64,000 nucleotides of DNA, taken from NCBI GenBank assembly GCA_002269645.1, contig NIVC01000717.1, positions 124,001-188,000 of the forward strand, written 5' to 3'. A model generated the notes under the pieces. It saw only the letters and a list, made by a program, of their open reading frames with translations, was not told the DNA's origin and did no database searches. Source of the DNA: Macrostomum lignano. Lineage: Eukaryota. Positions 30,071-43,100 of the stretch are shown here, piece by piece; the stretch's first letter is position 1; each line of letters begins with the position of its first letter. The position numbers and the translations under genes were made by a program.

Positions 30071-31496
30071 GCCAGTAACCCGCTCTACTAAAGTGTCTTT
30101 ACTAATGCTAGGGAAAATATTAGGATTCAGAAAACATCGGATGTATTCATCTGCTGAGTCTAAAAACCGCGCCGCGCTTCTCTAGCGTTGCGTAAAACTG
30201 GCGGCGGAACAAGAGTAGTTTTTGAAGGCGAAGATCCACATCTGCTCGTCTGCAGATGTTTAGTTAAGTTGCTAGTTTTGCTAAAAGCATGACCACACTC
30301 TGGACATGAATTGCCAGACATGACTGTGCAATCAGAAAAGTCAGATGCAAAGAAAACAAACGCAGTAAACGCAAACGGAAAAGTCCTATTACACGATAAA
30401 GTGACTCTCTGATTCGTAGCAGACTATTATGAATGAAAACCTAGCAGGAATAATATTGAAATCAAGTAGCTTGTAGCTATTAAGTAAACTGTTTAAAACT
30501 TGCTAAAGCATAAAAATAATGCAGAGCATTAAAACTTTCAAACCACTTACGCAGGCTTTCGATGTCATACTCAGCACAACATTTGAGAGCAACAGAGTTA
30601 AATACAAAAGCAAGTTAAAAAAAGCTGGCTATTGCGTTTGATGGTTCAATAAAAACATGTGCAGGTCGTTCTCTGTACAAAAATCTGCAAATAGGAAACA
30701 AAATTCTTGGTAAAATCGCATATAAATATTGATCTCACACTTTCGGTGCTTGCGAATCGGTTTTCAAAACTATAAATAAGAATGTCGAAAAATACCATAA
30801 TATAAAGATTTTTTGAGGGGGGAGGGGGCGGATCCAACTGGGTGGATTAGCCAAGGGAGGGTGGAGTTAGACAGGCTTGGATTTTTGCGAAAATTCGATT
30901 GGTCCTCCCAAACATTTATTGCGGGTCGCCTCCTAAGGTGGGGGGAGGGCGACCGCTTCCCCACCCGCCAGCCCGAATGGCGCTGATGGCACCTTATGGT
31001 CTTGGGCAATTATACCGTAAAAAACTCGCGGCCTAAACCAAAAACTGAAATGTGAGGGCCATTGACTCGCTTCTTGGTTTCCAAAATAATCACTATCCTT
31101 AACATGGCTTAAGGGCTGCATAACACTGCGCGTTTTTGAGATAAACTCTAGAGCCTTAAGTTCACATGAAATCCCCATTTATCCCCTTTCTCCCCACAGA
31201 GATCCCCAAATGCTAAAGTGGTCGGGTTTTCGGCATAACGGGAGCTAGTTGGCTCCAAATGAAGGGATTGGCGTAGAGAAATCGGGACCCAATGCTTCAG
31301 GCTCCATTCTAGAGCCTTAAGTTCACATGAAATCCCCATTTATCCCCTTTCTCCCCACAGAGATCCCCCAAATGCTAAAGTGGTCGGGTTTTCGGCATAA
31401 CGGGAGCTAGTTGGCTCCAAATAAAGGGATTGCCGTAGAGAAATCGGGACCCAATGCTTCAGGCTCCATTTTGACTCTTAAGTTCACATCCCCTTT

Positions 31497-32557
31497 TCAC
31501 AGCTTCTCAAAGTATTCTCCACCAGCCTGGATGCAGCGCCTCATCCTCTCAAACCAGTTGACGAAGCAGTGGTGCCACTCAGAAGTCGACATCCCTTCCA
31601 CCATCTTGTCGAATGCATCAGCAGCCTCCTCTGCAGTCGAAAATCGGCGCCCACGCAGCGAGTCGTTGACTTTAGGGAACAAAAAAAGTCACACGGTGCC
31701 AGATCAGGAGAGTATGGCGGGTGACTGGTCAGCTGCAGTCCCTGAGTCTGCAGGAACTGCCGTGTTGCCTGAGCCGTGTGAGTGCTCGCGTTGTCCGGAT
31801 GCAGTGTCAGGCCTCGGACACCTGACTTCGGACGCGTCCTGCTCAGGCTGTGAATGACCTGCGGCAAGCAGACGCCGGTATACCAGGCCACAGTCACCGT
31901 GCGCTGGTCCAGCAGCTGCACAGTCGCCACGTGACCTGAGCGACGGAAAAAAGTTGCGACCATTTGCTTGCCGGTGCTCCTGCCTCGCACGACCTTCATT
32001 GGCGGCACCTCGTCCGGAAACGCCCACACCTGCGACTGGCACTTGCGCTCTGGCTCGTAGCAGTAAACCCAAGTCTCGTCGCATGTTACAATGTCGGCGA
32101 CCGCCTTAGACGCTCCATCGCTGTACTTCTGCAGCATCTGGCGACACCAGTCGACCCTGGCCTGCTTCTGCTCAGGCTTCAGCAGGTGGGGCACCCAACA
32201 ACTGGTCAGCTTGCGCAAGCCGATGTGGTTGTGGAGGATTTTGGCGATGGCCGGCGAATGGATGCCCAGGGATGCCTCGATCTCCTTGTAGGTTATCCGC
32301 CAGTCAGCTTCTACCAGCTGGCGGACACGAGCCACTGTTTCTGGTGTCGTGGCAGTTGAAGGTCGGCCTGTACGCTCCTCATCTTCCAACGAGTCTCGGC
32401 CACGACGAAACTCGCGGAACCAGTTGCTGACGGTCGCAAGTGATGGAGCAGCTTCTGGAAAAGTCGCTGACAGCCTTTCGTGGCACTGGCGGCAATCAAG
32501 GCCGCTGCGATAATCATAGAAGATCATGGCACGAAAGTGCTCGCGATTCAGTTCCAT
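31497..32557 (-). pseudogene. mariner transposase with a 1-nt deletion in the homopolymer at 31681-31687
   Basis: WVPHLL, TCDETW, HPDNAS and YSPDLAPCDFF are present. Adding one T restores CDFFLFPK..GGEYFEKL*. Confidence 0.92.
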
Positions 32558-34159
32558 GAGCTCCGCTGGAAAGTGGGCAGAGGTGCTGTAAGTTATCTGG
32601 CTCTAGCGGCTAAATGCTGCGAGATATTTGCGTGAAATTTTATTCATCATGGTCATATATATTGTCCTGTAAGCCTGTAAAAAATTAATCTGATAGGACA
32701 AACGGCTGAGGTGTAGCTAAAAACTTTCGTAGTGCCCCTCGTATATAGAGTGGTTTATAGAGTAGTAGAAGATAAGAGCTAGAGGCTAGAGCATTTTCTG
32801 ATACCATTTTCTATTCCTTTTGGCCATAAACATCATTTTCTACCATGGCACTATATTGCAACACTGATTATAACTTGAAAAAATATCAGGAAACAAACTA
32901 AAAGATTACTATAACAGCATAATATCATAGTCACAAGTAGTCAAATAATATCAAATCTTTATTTTTTAGATCTCAAAACTGAGATTGAGATTAAAAAAGT
33001 CATAAGATATTGACAATCGAGATTGAAATCTTGTCCAACTCTTGTCTAACTTTTTATGCAATATTTTTAAGTTAGAAATAAAGTGAATCATTTAGATTTT
33101 AATAAGTCTAAATAGCAACTAATAAGCAAATCAAATTAATTCCTGCTTTTATTACTTAAAATATAACTTTTGTTAAGTAAATAATTCAGTCATATTTTTT
33201 CCTAGGTTTTTTCACTAGAAACAAGATGAATCTATTGCAGTCTAATGCAATTTTTCCTTAGACAACTTTTTAAAATATACCTAGTTCTAAAATAACTTTC
33301 CTACACTCTATATACTTTATAGAATTGTTACATGTTTTTTTATATTTAGAAAATCTTTTAAACTAGGAGTCTGTTTATAGCATAGGTCTAAACTATATTA
33401 GATGACCTTTTTTCCTATGACCTACATTGGACACCTATTTCCTTCCCCCATATGCTTGCAGTTTGCAGTAAAAATATCCAACTAAGTCAAAGGCAGACCT
33501 AGAAAATTTCGAGGGTTGGGGCAAGTTGTTCTAAGCGACTGTAACCCAATATTAGGAAACAGACCTTGCATGGTTATAGGGTAAAAAAGTATAGCCCAAT
33601 TTTTTTTGGGCATGGCACTATAGCCCCCCCCCTTGGGCCCTCTCCTTGGATCTATCCATGCATTAAGCATTTTAGACTATACTTTTAAATTGGGTTGGTT
33701 GGTATCTAGGTTTTTTTAAATAATAGATTTGTAGTATTGTTTGACAAATTGGGTCCAAATTCAAGTTGCCAAATTGAAAGCCAGAATGCTAGTTGGCATT
33801 AGTTAAACAATTAAAAATTAAATAAATTACTAAAGTCTCTACCCTACTCTTTACAATGATAAGTCTTTCTCATCTATAGAATTTACAAAGCATATAGACT
33901 TCATGCTTGTGGATTACTGAGACATAACAATTGATAAAAAATTTTCATAAATGAATTCAATAATTAATGGATTATAGATACTTCAACAAATGCCCATTTT
34001 GAATTCAGAGTCCACATTCAAGGTGGCAACATTACAGTTGAAATATCATAACACAGTATCACAAAAACCTTACCTATGCCTTCAACTTAAAAATTTAACA
34101 TGTTTAATGTAGGCTATTTTTATAAAACAAAATCTTAATAGACATTTCTTTAATTTTAG

Positions 34160-37100
34160 AGCTCTACTACTTGATTATAAAGTTTCTTGAGACTGGACCA
34201 TGTGCAGAGGTTGCTACTGTAAGTACTAGATCTTAATATTATTATTGTTATTGTTTTAATTTCCAATTTTTTCAAATGTGTTTCTTGCATACAATTGATA
34301 TAAAAATGTACTTTCTTTATTTTTTTCAGCAACTAAAAGCTCTTTGCGAAACAAATCAGGTTGGTAATTCAGATTAAATTAGTTAGTATTAATAAAATTC
34401 TATTTATTTAAAATTTTGGTAAACTTGTTTTTTATAGCTTCTGCCTCCGCGCAAGGATTGGACTGGACGTAATCATGTTCGAAGTTTTGAAGAATTTGTA
34501 AGTTGCTCCTCAATACTCAATTTTGAATTTTGAATTAACATCTCACGATTGGGATTTCCATGCTGTCATCCCATAATTGAGATTTCCGTGCTGTCATCCC
34601 ACGATTGGGATTTCCATGCTGTCATCCCATGATTGAGATTTCCGTGCTGTCATCCCATGATTGGGATTTCCATGCTGTCATCCTATGATTGGGATTTCCA
34701 TGCTGTCATCCCATGATTGGGATTTCCATGCTGTCATCCCATGATTGGGATTTCCATGCTGTCATTCCATGATTGGGATTTCCATGCTGTTATTCCATGA
34801 TTGGGATTTCCGTGCTGTCATCCCATGATTGGGATTTCCATGCTGTCATCCCATGATTGGGATTTCCATGCTGTCATCCCATGATTGGGATTTCCGTGCT
34901 GTCATCCCATGATTGGGATTTCCGTGCTGTCATCCCATGATTGGGATTTCCATGCTGTCATCCCATGATTGGGATTTCCATGCTGTCATCCCATGATTGG
35001 GATTTCCATGCTGTCATCCCATGATTGGGATTTCCATGCTGTTATTCCATGATTGGGATTTCCATGCTGTCATCCCATGATTGGGATTTCCATGCTGTCA
35101 TCCCATGATTGGGATTTCCGTGCTGTCATCCCATGATTGGGATTTCCATGCTGTCATCCCATGATTGGGATTTCCATGCTGTCATCCCATGATTGGGATT
35201 TCCATGCTGTCATCCCATGATTGGGATTTTTATGCTGTCATCCCATGATTGGGATTTCCATGCTGTCATCCCATGATTGGGATTTTTATGCTGTCATCCC
35301 ATGATTGGGATTTCCATGCTGTTATTCCATGATTGGGATTTCCATGCTGTCATCCCATGATTGGGATTTCCATGCTGTCATCCCATGATTGGGATTTCCA
35401 TGCTGTCATCCCATGATTGGGATTTTTATGCTGTCATCCCATGATTGGGATTTCCATGCTGTCATCCCATGATTGGGATTTCCATGCTGTTATTCCATGA
35501 TTGGGATTTCCATGCTGTCATCCCATGATTGGGATTTCCATGCTGTCATCCCATGATTGGGATTTCCGTGCTGTCATCCCATGATTGGGATTTCCATGCT
35601 GTCATCCCATGATTGGGATTTGTGATTTGTGTGTTAACTTTTCATGCATAAGTTTTTTGATGGTATCCTAGGATGTGGTACTTTTTGTTGCTATCCCATG
35701 CGATAATTATGGATTATATTAAATTCCAAGGAAGGTCAATATATTTTTTTGTATTTTTACTCACCAATCGTTCTCAGGATCGCTTCCATCCTCACGTGAC
35801 CGGCAGTCATCTGGTCGAAGTGTGCTCAGCTATGGGCCCCCTGCTAGAGCGCGCTTATCCGTCTGGCGCTTCAGCGCCCGATGCCAGCAGTCGGGCGCTA
35901 ACAGGGGGCGCCTGTTCCAGCCTTCTGGGGTCAGCTGTGCAGTCCCTGCTGCGGTCGCCTGCCGGTGAGTGTTAAGGCAGTGCTTTTGGCTTAGATTTTT
36001 TGCTGATAAACTGGCTGGTGTTGCCTAGTTACTTTCCAGGAAGCCAGATCCTAATATACCCAAATCTAATCTCATATAGATCCTAATCTATCCAAATGTA
36101 ATCTCATATGGATCCTAATCTATCCAAATCTAATCTCATAGTATAGATCCTAATCTATCCAAATGTAATCTCATGGATCCTAATCTATCCAAATCTAATC
36201 TCATAGTATAGATCCTAATTTACCCAAATCTAATCTAATATAGATCCTAATCTATCCAAATGTAATCTCATATAGATTCTAATATATCCAAATCTAATCT
36301 AATATAGATCCTAATCTATCTGAATCTAATCTCATATAGATCCTAATCTATCCAAATCTAATCTCATAGTATAGATCCTAATTTACCCAAAGCTAATCTC
36401 ATATAGATCCTAATCTATCCAAATGTAATCTCATGTAGATTCTAATATATCCAAATCTAATCTCATAGTATAGATCCTAATCTATCCAAATCTAATCTCA
36501 TATAGATCCTAATCTATCCAAATCTAATCTCATAGTATAGATCCTAATTTACCCAAAGCTAATCTCATATAGATCCTAATCTATCCAAATGTAATCTCAT
36601 GTAGATTCTAATATATCCAAATCTAATCTCATAGTATAGATCCTAATCTATCCAAATCTAATCTCATATAGATCCTAATCTATCCAAATCAAATCTCATA
36701 GTATAGATCCTAATTTACCCAAATCTAATCTAATATAGATCCTAATCTATCCAAATCTAATCTCATATGGATCCTAATCTACCCAAAGCTAATCTCATAT
36801 AGATCCTAATAAATCCAAATCTAATCTCATAGTATAGATCCTAATCTACCCAAATCTCATCTCATATGGATCCTAATCTAAATCTACCTAAATCTCATCT
36901 CATATGGATCCTAATCTATTCATATCGAATCAAATTTATTCGACGCTTGCAATTGCAGGAGCCACTGGCGTGTCTTTGCAAGGCAAGTTGTAGCATAACT
37001 CCCCTATAGAAGTATTTATCTATGTTAATTTGCTTTTTTCTTTTAGTTGTTAGAATGCATAGAATTAATCATATAGCAATATTTTTGTTTGGTTGTGTCG

Positions 37101-40100
37101 GCACTAATATTTGGTCATTGTGCTTGAGAATTAGTATTTTCTTTTTAGTTTTGTATATACGCTTGCATAAATCCTCTAAACATCTGCATAGTGTGTCATC
37201 CCTACTCGCTGCTGTGTACTTCTACACAATAGTGCCATTGCTATACTGTCTCTTGTTAGTTGCATGTCCTGTTTAGTTCAATGTAGCAAACCTAGTAGTT
37301 ATCTAGCAGTTTATTAAAAAAAGCTTCGATACAAAATTTACAGATCACGGCAGTATTTATCTGACGCTTAGTCAGAGCTTTCCAGTGCATAAGCGCGGCT
37401 TTCGATTGCCAGTGAATTGTGTTCGATCAAAGCGGAACGTTCGTAAGTTGATAGTGCAAATATTTTCCTGCTATCAAATGCTATCACCTCTACTAACTCC
37501 ACCATTTAAAGTAGTCTGTAGCGCGTATAGGGGGTTGTAGCCCAGTGGTTAGAGCGTCGGACTTGCAACTTAAGGTCGGAGGTTCGATTCCCGATCCCAC
37601 TGGAGCAAGACACTTAACTCTGCATTGCTTCAGTTCAGCATTAGCTGGTGTAATTGAGGCTGTGTGTAGCGACCCCCCAGTCCTTGGACTGAACAGCCGT
37701 ACGCAGCCTTCAGAGGCGCCGCGCAATAGCTGTGGGCAGCGGCTGAGCTGTCGGTTGCACATCTAGCTCATTTGGACCAGGTGTCATTAAGGTAGTGCGT
37801 AAAAAGGCAAAATAGTCTGTTGCACTTTTTCAAGTAAATTGTATCCTCATTTTGTGTGAAAGTAGTCTGTACCGCTTATGCTTGATTTTTTTTAGCCAAC
37901 TGCGTTCTACAAAGCGCCTACGATCCGCGGCATCGCAACCAGCTGGAGAGCGCCATCTACAAACGATTGAAGTTTCGCAAACGTATCGTTGGTCACGGCA
38001 ATTCAGTCTACTGCGTTGTGTTCGATAGAACGTCTCGATTTGTTATTACTGTAAGTAGCAAAATTTTTTGCTTGCTAAAATCTTAATTATTTAGTAAAGA
38101 AAGTTAATTAAAATCAGTATAGATTTTAGAATAGGATTTTACCTAATTTAAGTATCATTTCGATACATATCGGCAATGAAATAATAGAGGTGGTACAGGT
38201 TCTCCTTAATAAAAAAATAATGTCATAAACATAATCATGTTTCCCTTACTAAAGTGTCGTTTCGATACATATCGGGAACAGGATTTTAAGAATTTAATTC
38301 TTTTTGAGGCTTATAATTTTTTTAAACTATCAATGTTTTCAAAAAAAATTCCTATAATTTTGAAAGTATTATGCATAGCTTTTTAAAAGAAAAATCATTA
38401 AAGATTTTTGAAAAATTAATTGCAGGGCGCAGACGATTCCCTAATTAAAGTGTGGTGCTGCCGTTCGTTGCGCCTATTAGCCACTCTGCGCGGGCATCGC
38501 AATGAAATCTGCGATCTGACCATATCGCACGATAATCGCCTATTAGCTTCCGGCGCATGCGATAAGCGCGTCATGGTTTGGCGTTTAGATAATTGCGCTC
38601 CAATTGCGGTGCTGAGCTTGCACACTTCGGCTATCATCTCCGTAGCTTTTTCCCCGTCGGTCCGGGGTTCGAAACGATGGCTGGCATCGACAGCTAAGGA
38701 CGGCTGCGTCTGCTTCTGGTCCTACGATCCAGCCAGCTTGGAGTTTGAAGAACGGCCTGTCAAGTTTATCGAACGATCCAGGCCCGGCTGCTGCATGATG
38801 GCCAGCTGCTTCAGCGCCGGCGGCGGCTTCTTTGTTGGCGGTTGCTCCGATCACGCCATCCGGGTGTACAGCTTCCAGCCTGGAATGCCGGAGAAAATCG
38901 GCGAACTCGAGGGTCACAAGGGTAGCGTTGATAGCGTCGCCTATAGTCACTGGGATGGCAGATTTGCCAGCTGCAGTACAGATGGAACATGCCGAGTGTG
39001 GAGCTACTCTAGACAGCTGTGGCGCTCTCTGGTGCTGTGCCCGCCCGGGCCAAGTCAACAAGCTAGAGGCGTTAGTTGGACAGCTGACGATAGGTTAGTG
39101 ACTTTTTTGCCTTTGTAAAGTATTCTTTCGATACATATCGGTTGTGTGTTATTCTATGAATTAGGCTTTCAAATTGTCATTTGAAAGTAACATGTAGTTA
39201 CTAGGTTAGTTTCAGAACCTAAAAGTTGGTATATATAAAATTTTAGTTTTGTAAAACATTATTTCGATACATATCGTTGATTTAATTTTGCATTGTTTTG
39301 ATGCATTAAAATTAAAAGAGCTTTGTTTAATAATAAATGAGATAATTTGTGTAAGTGTTCTTTCGATACATATCGGATGCATACTAGTTTGTGAATAAGG
39401 CTCTTTAAATTGTCTTTTCTAAAGTTATATGAGTCAGGTTTCTGTTCCCAGAAATTAGGGTATATAATTTTGTTTTTCGCGTTTTGAAAAGTATGGTTTT
39501 GATTGTTATTATCAGTGAAAAGGATTCGTTTAATAATAAATTATACGCTTTGTAAAGTGTTCTTTCGATACATATCGGACTATCTAGTCAAGAGCGCCAT
39601 CGGATGCATAATGTCATTTAAATTAATAAAAATTTCTTAATACATTTTTCGATACATATCGTTTGATAAGCTTTTGTCTTTACAATGCATACGCTTGTAT
39701 AACGTATTAGTTTAGTAGTTAGTTAGTCTGTTTTATCTTTATTCTAAATAATTGTTTCGATACATATCGGCTCCAGGTGCATAGTTACTACCCATTCGAA
39801 TCACCTGGTGCACTGCTGGAACAGCCGGCGCGGTCATTTATTAGCCGTATTTCGCGACCACCGCGACGACGTATTCGTTGTGGATTGCCACCCGTCGAAC
39901 CCGCGGCTGTTCCTCACGGCCGGCTACGATGGCAAAATTGCTGTGCGAGATTTGCAGTCGTCTAGTTCGGCGTTCCGGCATTTCAACCAGGTTATTTTGC
40001 TTTTTCTAGATGCTTTTGTATGTCTAAATAATTATCATCAAAGTCATTTAAATAATTCCCCCTTCAGAATCATTAGAAAAATGCCCCAAAATCATCTGAT

Positions 40101-43100
40101 TTATTCCCCCCTCAGAACCATCTGAATAATTCCTCCTAAGAACCACCTTAATAATTCCCCCATAAGAACCATCTGAATAATTCCCCTTAGAGTCATTTGA
40201 ATAATACCCCCTAAAGTAATACCCCCTAAGAATCGTCTGAATAATTCCCCCTAAGAATCGTCTGAATAATTCCCCCTAAGAATCGTCGAATAATTCCCCC
40301 CTAAGAATCCTCTAAATAATTCCCCCTAAGAATCATTTAAATAATACCCCCTAAGAATCGTCTGAATAATTCTCCCTAAGAATCATCTGAATAATTCCCC
40401 CTAAGAATCATCTGAATAATTCCCCCTAAGAATCGTCTGAATAATTCCCCCTAAGAATCATCTGAATAATACCCCCTAAGAATCGTCTGAATAATTCCCC
40501 CTAAGAATCGTCGAATAATTCCCTTCTAAGAATCCTCTAAATAATTCCCCCTAAGAATCATCTGAATAATACCCCCTAAGAATCATTTGAATCATACCCC
40601 CTAAGAATCATCTGAATAATACCCCCTAAGAATCATTTGAATAATACCCCCTAAGAATCATCTGAATAATAACCCCGTAAGAATCATTTGAATAATACCC
40701 CCTAAGAGTCATCTAAATAATACCCCCTAAGAATCGTCTGAATAATTCCCCCTAAGAATCGTCTGAATAATACCCCCTAAGAATCATCTGAATAATACCC
40801 CCTAAGAATCGTCGAATAATACCCCCTAAGAATCATCTGAATAATACCCCCTAAGAATCGTCGAATAATACCCCCTAAGAATCGTCTGAATAATTCCCCC
40901 TAAGAATCGTCTGAATAATACCCCCTAAGAATCATCTAAATAATACCCCCTAAGAATCATCTAAATAATACCCCCTAAGAATCATCTAAATAATACCCCC
41001 TAAGAATCGTCTGAATAATACCCCCTAAGAATCATCTGAATAATACCCCCTAAGAATCATTTGAATCATACCCCCTAAGAATCATCTGAATAATACCCCC
41101 TAAGAATCATTTGAATAATACCCCCTAAGAATCATCTGAATAATAACCCCGTAAGAATCATTTGAATAATACCCCCTAAGAGTCATCTGAATAATACCCC
41201 CTAAGAATCATCTGAATAATACCCCCTAAGAATCGTCGAATAATACCCCCTAAGAATCATCTGAATAATACCCCCTAAGAATCGTCGAATAATACCCCCT
41301 AAGAATCCTCTAAATAATTCCCCCTAAGAATCGTCTGAATAATCCCCCCCTAAGAATCGTCGAATAATTCCCCCTAAGAATCATCTGAATAATACCCCCT
41401 AAGAATCGTCTGAATAATTCCCCCTAAGAATCATCTGAATAATTCCCCTTAGAATCATCTGAATAATTCCCCTTAGAATCATCTGAATAATTCCCCTTAG
41501 AATAATCTAAATAGTTGCCCTCAATCATCTGAATAATTCCCCTCATAAGCATCTAAATAATTCCACTTAAAATAATATGAATAATTCCCTATGCGATCAT
41601 TAGCAATCTGAATAATTCCCCCTGAATTCTTGGACAATCAGAATAATTCAGAATAATAAAGTCCTTCTTTGAGTCCTTATAAATCTTAATAATTCCTTTA
41701 TTTAGTTTTTAACCTGTGGTGAAATTTACACAAGACTCTAGCTTTGAATTTAAACTTTATAGCCTACTATTAGTAGTGTTAAAATTACAAAGCATGGCTT
41801 ATTTCTCGAATACCGCAGGCAAGCAACACTCGCCAGCCTGTCAGCCTATTTGAAGCCAAATTCAGTCCCGACGGCGACTCCCTGGCGGTTGTGGACGCGA
41901 TCGGACATCTGCTGTTGTTCGGCTTAGCCTCTGATGACGAAATCGATGCTCACGCGCTGGACGAGCAGTTCTTCCACACGGACTTCTTCGCCCCGCCCGC
42001 GCTTGACGCTAACGGATGGCCGCTGGACGAGGCAACGCAACGGCAGCCGCATTTGATGCCGCCTCCTTATCTGGTTGATGCACTGATGCAGCCTTATCCT
42101 GCTGATGTGCAGAGAAGGGTGAGATTTCCGGGTGTGCTTGTGAAAGAGTGAGATTTTCGTGTGTGAAAGAGTGAGATTTCCGTGTGTAAGAGTGAGATTT
42201 CCATGTGTAAGAGTGAGATTTCCGTGTGTGAAAGAGTGAGATTTCCGTGTGTAAGAGTGAGATTTCCGTGTGTGAAAGAGTGAGATTTCCGTGTGTAAGA
42301 GTGAGATTTCTGTGTGTGTAAGGGTGAGATTTCGGTGTGTAAGAGTGAGATTTCCGTGTGTGTAAGAAAGAGATTTCCCTGTGTGCTTGTGAAGGAGTGA
42401 GATTTCCGTGTGTAAGGGTGAGATTTCCGTGTGTGTAAAAGTGAGATTTCCGTGTGTGTAAAAGTGAGATTTCCGTGTGTGTAAGAGTGAGATTTCCGTG
42501 TAAAAGAGTGAGATTTCCGTGTGTAAGGGTGAGATTTCCGAGTGTGTAAGGGTGAGATTTCCGTGTATAAGAGTGAGATTTCCGTGTGTGAAAGAGTGAG
42601 ATTTCAGTGTGCGTAAAAGCGAGATTTCCGTGTATGTAAAGGTTAGATTTCCGTGTGTGTAAGAGTGAGATTTCCGTGTGTGCTTGTGAAAGAGTGAGAT
42701 TTCCGTGTTTGCTTGTGAAAGAGTGAGATTTCCGTGTTTGCTTGTGAAAGAGTGAGATTTACGTGTGTGGAAGAAAGATTTTCGTGTTAGGAGAAGATGA
42801 ATAAATTTCTACAAAATGAGTGAGATTTCGTTGGGGGAGAGAACTACTGTGAAAGAGAAGTTTCAAAAAGAAGCTGGTTAGATCTGTGTCAGATTTATTG
42901 AAATTTTTAAGAAAAGGGGTGAGATTTCTACGAAAGAGGGTAAGATTTCTGTGGGAGGGAGTGAGATTTCTGTGAATATAAGTGTGAGATTTCTGTGGAT
43001 AAGTGTAAGATTTCTGTGAACGGTGTGAGATATCTGTGAAAAGGTGTGAGGTTTCTGTGAAAGAAGTGAGATTTCTGTAAAAGGGGTGAGATTTCTGTGG

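Larger units (their letters stand above)
26518..31493 (-). mobile_element. PHIS-superfamily-like DNA transposon with long TIRs, inserted at AAA|TTT with no TSD
   Basis: Ends GGGGATGTGAACTTAAGAG / CTCTTAAGTTCACATCCCC. The arms (26518-~27030 and ~31147-31493) are inverted and contain 3 and 2 copies of a 161-bp unit. Flanks are gctgAAA| and |TTTtcac. Confidence 0.85.
26459..32741 (-). mobile_element. mariner (DD34D) element split by a 4,976-bp insertion; 1,307 bp once the insert is removed
   Basis: 30-bp TIRs (29/30 match) at 26459-26488 and 32712-32741, flanked by TA on both sides. The reconstructed length is typical of mariner. Confidence 0.92.

Noticed and set aside
33220-34159. First coding exon of BRWD
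   Set aside because: Several ATGs are present, but none has a convincing phase-1 donor; left unassigned.
37530-37610. tRNA genes (also ~54826, ~6380-6452 and ~25720-25800)
   Set aside because: The tRNA-like heads run directly into shared SINE bodies and tails, so they were called SINEs.
38158-39770. Repeat-spacer pattern as a CRISPR array
   Set aside because: The context is eukaryotic and intronic, the repeat is only ~15 bp, spacing is irregular, a host exon interrupts it, and no cas genes are present.
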